Shown here in pieces: positions 10,515 to 18,423 of a stretch of DNA of 64,000 nt; position 1 is the first letter of the stretch, and the number at the start of each line of letters is the position of its first letter. The stretch spans positions 616 to 64,615 of the forward strand of contig DXFU01000087.1 in the NCBI GenBank assembly GCA_019114305.1, in the 5' to 3' direction. The position numbers were made by a program, and so were the translations under genes. The notes beneath the pieces were generated by a model. The model saw only the letters and a list, made by a program, of their open reading frames with translations, did no database searches and had not been told where the DNA came from. Source of the stretch: Candidatus Hungatella pullicola. Its GTDB lineage: Bacteria > Bacillota > Clostridia > Lachnospirales > Lachnospiraceae.

Positions 10515-11611
10515 TTTTCTTCCCTTTCTTCCGTTATTTCTTCCAGAATCTTCAAAAATCTCTGGTTCTCTTCCCTCGTTTTTACACAGATTCTGTAGTA
10601 TCTGCTGTCCAGTCCCCTGTAATTGGAGCAGGATCGAATCAGTACACCTTTCTTCAGGCAGCTGTTATACAGCCAGGCCTCCCTTTTGTCTCCCTTCTCA
10701 TCCCGAAAGAAAATATAATTAGCCAATGACGGCCACACCGTAAATCCCAACCTCATGAGACCTTCCTTTAGATATTCCCTCTCACCACTGATAAGCGTTC
10801 TGGTGGCTTTTACAAACTCTTTCTCTCCAAGAGCTGCCAGGCCAGCTGCCTGAGCAGGAGCTGACACAGTCCAGGGCTGACGCACCCCTTCCATCTGTTC
10901 CAGCAGACCGTGGTTTCTGCACAGACAGTATCCAAGCCGCAGACCGGCCATAGCATAAATTTTTGTAAATGCCTGGAAAATTACCAGGTTTTTGTATCGC
11001 CCTTCCCTCAAAAATCCAGTCAGACTATAGCTGTTTTCATCTTCAAGAAACTCTGAAAAACACTGATCTGCCGCCACAATGATCCCCTTTTCCTCGCAGT
11101 AATCCAAAAGCGGCTGCCATAAAAGGGACTTTACTCCAAGTCCCGTAGGATTATTGGGATTGCAGAGGAACAAAAGACCAGGCCTTATATTCTCCTTCTC
11201 TTTGTGCTGAAGGAAGGAAAGAAGTTTTTGAGGATCCAGAACAAATGCTTCCTCCTCCCTAAGATCAAAAAGCAGCACCTGACTTCCAAAAGATCGCAAA
11301 GCCTGCTCATACTCCAAAAAAGAAGGAGCCGTCACCAGACCGATTTCCGGCTTTAAGGCCCACACAAGCTGAAAAATTAAATCTGCCGCTCCGTTTCCGC
11401 ACAGAACATCTTCCTTCTTCAATTGAAGCTTCACCGCCAGACTTTGTCTTAAGGCGCTACAGCGGCTGTCCGGATAATGGATGCAGCTGTCTACAGCAGC
11501 AACAGCGGCATTTCTCACAGACTGCGGCAGCCCCAGAGGATTAATATTAGCAGAAAAGTCCATTTCTGCTTCATTGGAGTAAATATCTCCCCCATGTTCA
11601 TATGATTTCAT
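10496..11611 (-). CDS. cobD: L-threonine-O-3-phosphate decarboxylase (class I/II aminotransferase fold)
   Basis: 371 aa. N-terminal HGGDIY, aminotransferase-like core and location in the cob operon. Confidence 0.85.
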   Translation of the reverse strand: MKSYEHGGDIYSNEAEMDFSANINPLGLPQSVRNAAVAAVDSCIHYPDSRCSALRQSLAVKLQLKKEDVLCGNGAADLIFQLVWALKPEIGLVTAPSFLEYEQALRSFGSQVLLFDLREEEAFVLDPQKLLSFLQHKEKENIRPGLLFLCNPNNPTGLGVKSLLWQPLLDYCEEKGIIVAADQCFSEFLEDENSYSLTGFLREGRYKNLVIFQAFTKIYAMAGLRLGYCLCRNHGLLEQMEGVRQPWTVSAPAQAAGLAALGEKEFVKATRTLISGEREYLKEGLMRLGFTVWPSLANYIFFRDEKGDKREAWLYNSCLKKGVLIRSCSNYRGLDSRYYRICVKTREENQRFLKILEEITEEREEKWQRQL

Positions 11612-12258
11612 AGTTCCTGTTCCAGCCTTTCATAAAACTGAGAATAAAAATTTTCATCGGTTTTGTAGGGAAGAAAATAAAAAGTTTTTAAAAGCTTCAT
11701 ACTCACTTCCCTGGCCTGTGCTTCGTCTTTTTCCTGCTCCAGGAAATCCTGAAGCTGCCGTAAATAATAATGCCAGCGGTTTATAAAAGCTTCATAGGCT
11801 TTAAACTCCGGCACATCCACCCATTTGCGAACCTTTACCTTGGTTCGGTTTTGATTTCTGCACTCTTTCACCTGAAGAAAATACTGGAAGGACCTGTTTT
11901 CATAATATCTTCCCAGGGGAAACAGCCGGCAGATTCCGGGCCGAAAGGCGTGGATAGAGCACCTTCCCTGTTCATCGAGAAAGAAACAGGCTTCTTCTTT
12001 CCCTGTCATTTTCAAATTGGGAAGGACAATTCCGTCCACCACGGAAAGTTCCACAGCCCTTTCCAAGAGCTGTCCAAAGGTCTGGTTCAGCCCCCGGCAA
12101 AGCCAGAACACATCCAATGGATCCAAAACAATGGAACGTCCCATTCCCCGGCAGCAGGCACTGCAGTCTTTACAGTCCCCGCAGTCAGCTTTTACCATAT
12201 CATTGCCGCCGTAGAGCCGTCCGTCAGATATTTCCTCCAAACTAATTTCTCGCTTCAT
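11608..12258 (-). CDS. YkgJ/UPF0153-family Cys-cluster protein (CxxCxxCC putative Zn/Fe-chelating domain)
   Basis: Motifs CGDCKDCSACC and ACFFLDEQGRCSIHAFRPGICRLFP. I placed the start at ATG 12258 (RBS GGGAGGA). ATGA overlaps occur both with the cbiB stop (12255-12258) and with the cobD start (11608-11611). Confidence 0.7.
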   Translation of the reverse strand: MKREISLEEISDGRLYGGNDMVKADCGDCKDCSACCRGMGRSIVLDPLDVFWLCRGLNQTFGQLLERAVELSVVDGIVLPNLKMTGKEEACFFLDEQGRCSIHAFRPGICRLFPLGRYYENRSFQYFLQVKECRNQNRTKVKVRKWVDVPEFKAYEAFINRWHYYLRQLQDFLEQEKDEAQAREVSMKLLKTFYFLPYKTDENFYSQFYERLEQEL

Positions 12259-13241
12259 ACAATCCTCCCTGCTAAAAATGCCAGACATAAGGCCAGAACA
12301 TAACATCCGTTCATTAGACAATTGGCCCTTTTAATGTCTTCAAATCCAGTCTTTCTGACAGGATCTCCGATAAAAGGTTTCTTTACCAGACTTCCGAAAT
12401 ACCAGGCATCTCCCGCAAGCTGAAGCCCCAGTACGCCGGCGCAGACCGACTCTGTCTGGGCGGAATTGGGACTTTTATGATTATACCTGTCCCTTCGAAA
12501 TATGCGCCAGCCGTTGCCAGGGCTGTAGAATTCTTTCTCCTCTTTTGGAACCGCAATACGGCAGAGAAAGGATCCTCCAAGCATTAGCAGAGCGGAAAGC
12601 CTGGCAGGAATCAGATTAACCAAATCGTCAAGCCTGGCCGCATACCTTCCCAGCCATAGATATTTCTCATTCTTGTAGCCTACCATGGAATCCATAGTAT
12701 TCACTGCCTTATAAAGACAGCCTCCCAAGCCTCCAAAAAGAATCATGTAAAACAAAGGGGCAATCACTCCGTCGGAAGTATTTTCCGCCACGGTTTCCAC
12801 TGCTGCCTTGGCAATTCCCTCCTCTGTAAGCTTTTTGGTATCCCGCCCCACAATCATGGAAACGGCCTGCCTGGCTTCTTCCACGTTCCCGTCTTTCAAA
12901 TGCCTGTAAACCTTCATGCTCTCTTTCCCCAGGGATCTCCATGCCATCATCTGGTAGCATAATACAGTTTCCGCCACAACTCCAATCCAGAAAGACAGGC
13001 TGTAAGCAGTCCATAAAACAGCACCGGCAATCAACCCTGTGGACAGAAGCACCAAACAGACCAAACAGAAGCCTGCCTTTTTCTCTCCCTTTTCTCCCTC
13101 GGGAAACAGATTCCTCAACATCCTTTCATAGCCGGAAATCATCCTTCCCATCCCGCACACCGGATGGGGCAGCCACCTGGGATCTCCAAATAAGAAGTCC
13201 AGAAAGCAGCCTGCAAACACCGCGGCACTATGAATCATCAC
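12255..13241 (-). CDS. cbiB: Adenosylcobinamide-phosphate synthase
   Basis: 328-aa polytopic membrane protein with the N-terminal GDPRWLPHPV motif typical of CbiB/CobD. Confidence 0.9.
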   Translation of the reverse strand: MMIHSAAVFAGCFLDFLFGDPRWLPHPVCGMGRMISGYERMLRNLFPEGEKGEKKAGFCLVCLVLLSTGLIAGAVLWTAYSLSFWIGVVAETVLCYQMMAWRSLGKESMKVYRHLKDGNVEEARQAVSMIVGRDTKKLTEEGIAKAAVETVAENTSDGVIAPLFYMILFGGLGGCLYKAVNTMDSMVGYKNEKYLWLGRYAARLDDLVNLIPARLSALLMLGGSFLCRIAVPKEEKEFYSPGNGWRIFRRDRYNHKSPNSAQTESVCAGVLGLQLAGDAWYFGSLVKKPFIGDPVRKTGFEDIKRANCLMNGCYVLALCLAFLAGRIV

Positions 13242-13279
13242 CGTTTCATCCTCTCATTCCATTTTTCTGTTTCAATCCT

Positions 13280-13654
13280 TTACTTAAGCTTTACAGGAAT
13301 ACCGCACACAACACGGTAAACCTCGTTTGCTCTCTCGGCCATAAAACAGCTTATCCGTCCCACAGTCTCTCTCCAGACTCTTTCCTCAGTCCCTGTGGGT
13401 ACAACGCCGCATCCTACCTCATCCGTAGTAATAATGACATTGGGATTTTTCTCAATCAGCTCCCTGGCAAATACCAGAGGATCTTTTCCTTCTCTAAGCA
13501 GCTGGCTTATATAAAAGTGAAAGCCGCAGACTATATGGGCAGAGAAAGCCTCATCCGGACCATCCTCCCATCTTACGGCTTTCCTGTTTTCTTCCGCCAA
13601 AGTAAAAGCGAATTTTTTTTTCCCCTGCCAGGAACCTCCTGTTATTAATATCAT
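13280..13654 (-). CDS. Truncated CobU-like protein with degenerate P-loop
   Basis: The N-terminus MILITGGSWQGKKK aligns with CobU MIFLVTGGSGSGKS, and the C-terminus ITTDEVGCGVVP...VCGIPVKLK aligns with CobU VTNEIFSDG...NCKIPLIVK. The middle third is missing. I placed the start at ATG 13654, with AAGGAGG 6 nt upstream. Confidence 0.6.
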   Translation of the reverse strand: MILITGGSWQGKKKFAFTLAEENRKAVRWEDGPDEAFSAHIVCGFHFYISQLLREGKDPLVFARELIEKNPNVIITTDEVGCGVVPTGTEERVWRETVGRISCFMAERANEVYRVVCGIPVKLK

Positions 13655-13676
13655 ACTGAACCTCCTTGCGTCCATT

Positions 13677-13716
13677 CAAACGGTTTCCGTATATAAACCT
13701 GCTCCAAAACGGTTTC
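13677..13716. repeat. Direct repeat CAAACGGTTTC / CAAAACGGTTTC in the cobS-cobU' gap
   Basis: Copies lie at 13677-13687 and 13705-13716 (plus-strand reading), inside the 87-nt cobS-cobU' spacer. Confidence 0.35.
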
Positions 13717-13741
13717 TCCTTTTTCAGACTTCCCATAAGAA

Positions 13742-14509
13742 TCACGGAAGTGAAAAAACAGATGCCACCGCAAACAAAGCGGTCAGGGCAAGCTCGCATA
13801 TCTGAAGAAAAAATCCGGCAAGATCCCCTGTAATACCACCAAATTCTTTTTTGGCCATACCCTTGTAATAGAAGAATACCAAACCGGAAACGGCAGCTAC
13901 AGACAAAGCGGCAGTAATTCCGGCAGTCACAGCAAAATAGGAAAACGCGGCCGCCAGATACAAAATCATCACGGACGCCACCGCTTTTTTGTGAGCCTGC
14001 CCTGAAAAAGAAGCAGCAAGACCTGTTTTCTTTGCCATTGGAAAGGTGACCACTGACAAGCCGCTTAAAGCTCGCTCAACAACAAATACTCCTCCAAAAG
14101 CAGGCAGAAGCCGCGGGGAAATTTCTCCCCAGAAACCTGTCCACATCATAAAGTACACACAGGCTCCAATTATGGCAAAAGCGCCTGTGTGGGGATCTTT
14201 GAGGATTTCCAGCTTTTTTTCCCGGCTTTGATGGGAAGAAAGAGCATCCACCGTATCCAAAAAGCCGTCCATATGGATTCCTCCTGTAACTAAAACAGGA
14301 ATGGCTGGGGGCAGCAGCTTTCCAAGCCACTGAAACTCAAGTCTTGTGCAGACCCAAACCGCCGCCCACAGGACCAGTGCCACCGCCACGCCTACAGCCG
14401 GGAAAAAACACATGGCATATTTCATTCTCTTTTCGCTCCACTCAACCTGAGGCATTGGAATCCTGGAGTACATGGAAAAGGCAATTACAAAACTTCCCAA
14501 TAAATCCAT
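13742..14509 (-). CDS. cobS: Adenosylcobinamide-GDP ribazoletransferase (cobalamin synthase)
   Basis: 255-aa polytopic membrane protein with the CobS-like motifs HMDGFLDTVDA and GGITGD. Confidence 0.9.
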   Translation of the reverse strand: MDLLGSFVIAFSMYSRIPMPQVEWSEKRMKYAMCFFPAVGVAVALVLWAAVWVCTRLEFQWLGKLLPPAIPVLVTGGIHMDGFLDTVDALSSHQSREKKLEILKDPHTGAFAIIGACVYFMMWTGFWGEISPRLLPAFGGVFVVERALSGLSVVTFPMAKKTGLAASFSGQAHKKAVASVMILYLAAAFSYFAVTAGITAALSVAAVSGLVFFYYKGMAKKEFGGITGDLAGFFLQICELALTALFAVASVFSLP

Positions 14510-14773
14510 TTATTCCTGTTCCTCCCTTTTTACTCCTGAATAAGCAGTTTTGATGCTGATTCCCCTGAGCCTTCCGATCTTTCCGGAAAGAGCGGAAATA
14601 ATATTTTGGGGAGCGTCTACAGCAATGCTGATAACACATACCTGTTTTTGAGGATAGGGGATTCCCATTCTTCCAATAATATGTTTCCGATACTGGTGGA
14701 GAATATCGTTAAGTGCCTCCACAGACTGATCGTCTTCCACAATAATGCCCATTACGGCAATTCTAGTTTCCAT
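14510..14773 (-). CDS. TM1266-family small protein (annotated elsewhere as putative iron-only hydrogenase system regulator; ACT/NikR-C-like fold)
   Basis: 87 aa. METRIAVMGIIVED...IIGRMGIPY...ISIAVDAP...ISALSGKIGRL.GISIKTAYS matches my recollection of the TM1266/TIGR03959 family pattern. Its stop directly abuts the cobS ATG. Confidence 0.65.
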   Translation of the reverse strand: METRIAVMGIIVEDDQSVEALNDILHQYRKHIIGRMGIPYPQKQVCVISIAVDAPQNIISALSGKIGRLRGISIKTAYSGVKREEQE

Positions 14774-14792
14774 CTAAGTCTCATCTCCCTTT

Positions 14793-15347
14793 TTACCATA
14801 GCCCGGTATTTTTAACAATCAAGGGAATTTTGCAGTTTACCTCAGCCACATAGCCGGCCGCCTGGCCCAGTTTTTGATTTACCAGTCCAAGAAGCCTTAT
14901 GTATCTCAGAGTATCCTCCTGATACTTAATCCCGTCTGAAAAGATCTCATTGGTTACAATAACCAGATGATCTGTCTGAGACGCCAGATTCTCCACTCCC
15001 TCCTCTATTTCCCGGATAATCTCTTCCTCATCCGCTGTTTCAGCAGTATCTTCCTCTCCTGTTCCAAACATCTCATTTGCCAGAAGGTTGGACATACACT
15101 CCAACAGAAGGACTCCGCATCGTTCTCCCTGAAGGATAAGATCTTTTAAATTTTTATATCTTTCTATGGTCTCAAATCCCTTTCCCGCTCTCATTCTTCG
15201 ATGGCGGGCTATTCTTTTTTCGCATTCCTCATCCCACGGCTTCATAGCTGCCAGATAAATCCTGCGTCCGCTCCCCACTGTTACTGCCAGATTTTCCGCC
15301 CAGGCGGATTTTCCGCTTCCGCTTCCTCCTGTCACCAGAAAAATCAT
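14793..15347 (-). CDS. cobU: Bifunctional adenosylcobinamide kinase / cobinamide-phosphate guanylyltransferase
   Basis: 184 aa with the intact P-loop GGSGSGKS. 4-nt overlap with cobT. Confidence 0.9.
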   Translation of the reverse strand: MIFLVTGGSGSGKSAWAENLAVTVGSGRRIYLAAMKPWDEECEKRIARHRRMRAGKGFETIERYKNLKDLILQGERCGVLLLECMSNLLANEMFGTGEEDTAETADEEEIIREIEEGVENLASQTDHLVIVTNEIFSDGIKYQEDTLRYIRLLGLVNQKLGQAAGYVAEVNCKIPLIVKNTGLW

Positions 15348-16405
15348 TTTTCCCCTCCCAACTCTTCATAGGGTTCCACCTGAATCTCATCAAAGGTGCT
15401 CATGGAACGATATACTTCCAGAGCCATTTCAAGAAGAGGCACGGCGGCCACAGCCCCTGTTCCCTCTCCCAGACACATGCCGGCCTGAATCAAAGGCTTA
15501 AGCCCCAGAGCGTTAAGGGTCAGGAGACCGGCCGGCTCTGAAGACACATGAGAAGCCACCATATACTCCGGAGCAAGAGGACACAGGGACTTTGCAGCCA
15601 AGGCCGCCACAGCAGAAATAAATCCGTCTACCAGGACAGGAATTCTCCAGATGGCTCCGCCCAAAAAAACCCCTGCCATAGCAGCCAGATCAAACCCTCC
15701 CACAGAGGACAATACATCCCCTCCATCCCGACAGCTGTGTCCGTATTTTTCAACTGCCTGTTCAATAACCTGAATTTTTCTTGCCAGCCCCTGATCACTA
15801 AGGCCGGCGCCCCGGCCTGTAACCTGGTGAACCGGCAGATTTAACAGCAGAGAACATACTGCGCTGCTGGTAGTAGTATTTCCGATTCCCATTTCCCCTG
15901 TAGCCAGAAGACCGTATCCTTTGGCCTTCAGATCCCCCGCAAGGTCTATGCCAATGCCTATGGCCTGGAATACCTGTTCTCTGGTCATGGCTGGCTGGCG
16001 AAGAAAATTTCTGGTTCCCCGGGCAATTTTTCTGTTAATAAGAGGATAAGTACTTCCACTTACCAAATCTCCTGTAGTACCAACATCCACAGGGAAAACA
16101 TTTACCCCCGCCTTTTTGGCCATCAGACAGACACAGCTGTCTCCTCGGGTCATATTTTCAGTGACAATGCCTGTAACCTCCTGACCGGTCTGAGTGACCC
16201 CTTCTTCTACAATTCCATTATCCCCGCACAGGATTAACAGTCCCTTCTTTCCAAAATCCACGTTATGGCTTTCCTGTATCCCTGCTATACGGATAATATC
16301 TTCCTCTAAAATTCCAAGACTATTTAAAGGTTTTGCCACCTGGCTCCACCGTTTTTTTGCCTGAGACATAGCAGCCTGATCCAAGGGCCGTATGCCTTCC
16401 AGCAT
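15344..16405 (-). CDS. cobT: Nicotinate-nucleotide--dimethylbenzimidazole phosphoribosyltransferase
   Basis: GEMGIGNTT motif. I placed the start at ATG 16405 (MLEGIRPLD..., with GAGGT 8 nt upstream). The ORF-track start at 16702 would add 99 aa overlapping cbiA. Confidence 0.9.
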   Translation of the reverse strand: MLEGIRPLDQAAMSQAKKRWSQVAKPLNSLGILEEDIIRIAGIQESHNVDFGKKGLLILCGDNGIVEEGVTQTGQEVTGIVTENMTRGDSCVCLMAKKAGVNVFPVDVGTTGDLVSGSTYPLINRKIARGTRNFLRQPAMTREQVFQAIGIGIDLAGDLKAKGYGLLATGEMGIGNTTTSSAVCSLLLNLPVHQVTGRGAGLSDQGLARKIQVIEQAVEKYGHSCRDGGDVLSSVGGFDLAAMAGVFLGGAIWRIPVLVDGFISAVAALAAKSLCPLAPEYMVASHVSSEPAGLLTLNALGLKPLIQAGMCLGEGTGAVAAVPLLEMALEVYRSMSTFDEIQVEPYEELGGEK

Positions 16406-16415
16406 TTTTTTTACC

Positions 16416-17867
16416 TCAGATTCTTTCCATTCCTTCACGGCCTTTCTCCTTTCCGTATTCTCTGCAGTCTGCCAGCCATCTGGCCGCAAATTTCTCATTA
16501 GATGGATAATAAAAATGTGGGAATCCTGCCACTGCTTTCTTTTCTGACTGCACGCATTCCCATCCCCTGTTTTGTCCTGGTTTTGCTGCCCAGAGACAAC
16601 TGCCGTTACAGGAGCTGTCCCAGTAGTGAAATTCATGGCCTTTGATGGTTTCTCCAGGGAGAAGATAAGGAAAAACTTTATCTTCGGAATCTGTCTTCCC
16701 AACGCTCATCTCAATATAACCAAATCTGGACAGCCTGTTAACTGGATAGCTTCTCCCTGGAAGAACTCCTGCCATGGGAAATTTCTGTCCTTCCTTATTC
16801 TCCAGGCTTTCCAGAAGATAAAGAAAACCGCCGCACTCTCCCAGGATAGGCATTCCTTCCAGAGCCGCCTGTTTCACAGCCGCTCTCATAGACCGATTTT
16901 CTCCCAGTTCACATCCGTGAAGTTCCGGATAACCGCCGCCGAAAATAATTCCGCAAACTCCCTCTGGCAAATTTTCGTCCTTAAGAGGGCTAAAGGGTAC
17001 CAGTTTGGCTCCCAGCTTTTCCAAAAGCCTTAAATTCTCCTGATAGTAAAAACAGAAGGCTTCATCCAATGCCACTCCGATTTTTATTTTTCGCTTTTCC
17101 TTTTTCTCCTGTTTCTTTCCGGTTTCTTTCTCCGGCAAAGTCAGGCTGGAGGCCGACCCGGCCAGTTTCAGAATTCTCTCTACATCCAGGGATTCCTTAA
17201 TCCTCAGGGCAAAAGTCTCCAGCTCTTTTTCCAGCCGGCTCTGCTCTTGTGGAAGCACCAGGCCCAAATGGCGGCTTTCCAACACAGCCTCTTTGCACTC
17301 CTCCACCCAGCCCAAAACAGGAAGTCCAAGTTTCTCCATCTCCACTGTCAGCCTTGGAACCATACTTCTGGAAATTCGGTTAAGAATTACACCCTTTATT
17401 CTGCTGTCCTCTCTGTATTCCAGGAATCCCTTTGCCACGGCGGACAAAGATAAACTGGCTCCGCGGCAGTCTAAAATGAGAATCACAGGACAGTCTAAAA
17501 CCCTGGCCACTTCATAGGAGCTGGCTGTTGTGGTGTTTCCTCCCATTCCGTCATAATAGCCCATAACACCTTCCACCACAGACACCGAAGCGCCCTGAGA
17601 AATCTCCATAAACTGGCTCAAAAGCTGGCTTTCCGGCTGAAACCAGGTATCCAGATTTCCTCCGTCAATGCCCTGGACAAACTTATGGAACAGAGGATCT
17701 ATGTAATCCGGTCCGCATTTATAGGCCCTGCAGCTGATTCCAAGATCAGAAAAAAGCTTTAAAATCCCGCAGGTAATTATGGTTTTTCCACTTCCGCTTT
17801 TAGGCGCAGCCAGCATGAAACGGGGATAATTACTGGTCAAAAAGCTCCTCCTCTCCTCCAAAAGCAA
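16416..17867 (-). CDS. cbiA: Cobyrinate a,c-diamide synthase
   Basis: P-loop APKSGSGKT and the C-terminal GATase motif ECGGFLYL. The start is uncertain. Candidates are TTG 17867 (ORF track), TTG 17840 (preceded by GGAGGAGAGGAGGAG) and ATG 17816 (no RBS). Confidence 0.9.
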   Translation of the reverse strand: MLLEERRSFLTSNYPRFMLAAPKSGSGKTIITCGILKLFSDLGISCRAYKCGPDYIDPLFHKFVQGIDGGNLDTWFQPESQLLSQFMEISQGASVSVVEGVMGYYDGMGGNTTTASSYEVARVLDCPVILILDCRGASLSLSAVAKGFLEYREDSRIKGVILNRISRSMVPRLTVEMEKLGLPVLGWVEECKEAVLESRHLGLVLPQEQSRLEKELETFALRIKESLDVERILKLAGSASSLTLPEKETGKKQEKKEKRKIKIGVALDEAFCFYYQENLRLLEKLGAKLVPFSPLKDENLPEGVCGIIFGGGYPELHGCELGENRSMRAAVKQAALEGMPILGECGGFLYLLESLENKEGQKFPMAGVLPGRSYPVNRLSRFGYIEMSVGKTDSEDKVFPYLLPGETIKGHEFHYWDSSCNGSCLWAAKPGQNRGWECVQSEKKAVAGFPHFYYPSNEKFAARWLADCREYGKEKGREGMERI

Positions 17868-18423
17868 TAATGTAAACAGGATTCTGCCCTTCCATCAAAT
17901 GGCAGTTTCCCATCTTTTTTGATCTGGACACCTGCATCTGAACAATCTGAGCCTCTATCTGTCTTCCTTCCAGCCAGCTCATAATCCGGGCAATGGATTC
18001 CAATGCAATGATATTGGCTACCACTCGTACCTTTGGATTTCTTCTTATAGCTTCTTCTAAAACAGCCCCAGCTCTTTTTCCCCCTCCCCCCAGAAACAGG
18101 TGGGTGGGAACAGGAAGCTCTTCAAGAATCTCAGGGGCCCGCCCTTTCACTGCTGTAACATTGACAGCATGGAACTTCTCTCTGTTTCGCTCAATCAGAT
18201 CCAGCGCCTCTTCCTTTTGCTCCACTGCATAAACCCACCCTTTAGGAAGAAAAAAGGAGGCCTCCACAGATACCGATCCAGTTCCTGCTCCCACATCCCA
18301 TAAAATAGAATCCTCCTTTAGTTCCAGCTTTGATATGGAAACTGCGCGAACTTCACTTTTGGTCATGGGAACTGCACCCCGGATAAACCACTCATCTCTC
18401 ACTTTCCTCATCTCCTGTCTCAA
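17830..18423 (-). CDS. cbiT: Cobalt-precorrin-6B C15-methyltransferase (decarboxylating)
   Basis: 197 aa with FIRGAVPMTKSEVRAV and the SAM-binding motif DVGAGTGS. The start is ATG 18423 or ATG 18411. Confidence 0.88.
   Translation of the reverse strand: MRQEMRKVRDEWFIRGAVPMTKSEVRAVSISKLELKEDSILWDVGAGTGSVSVEASFFLPKGWVYAVEQKEEALDLIERNREKFHAVNVTAVKGRAPEILEELPVPTHLFLGGGGKRAGAVLEEAIRRNPKVRVVANIIALESIARIMSWLEGRQIEAQIVQMQVSRSKKMGNCHLMEGQNPVYIIAFGGEEELFDQ

Noticed and set aside
13551-13799. 82-aa ORF covering the cobS-cobU' spacer.
   Set aside because: It overlaps both flanking genes out of frame, has no RBS and has an odd composition. The spacer is treated as non-coding.
16406-16702. 99-codon N-terminal extension of cobT in the ORF track, overlapping cbiA.
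   Set aside because: The extension is not CobT-like and overlaps the conserved CbiA C-terminus. An internal ATG at 16405 has a GAGGT RBS and gives a normal-length CobT.
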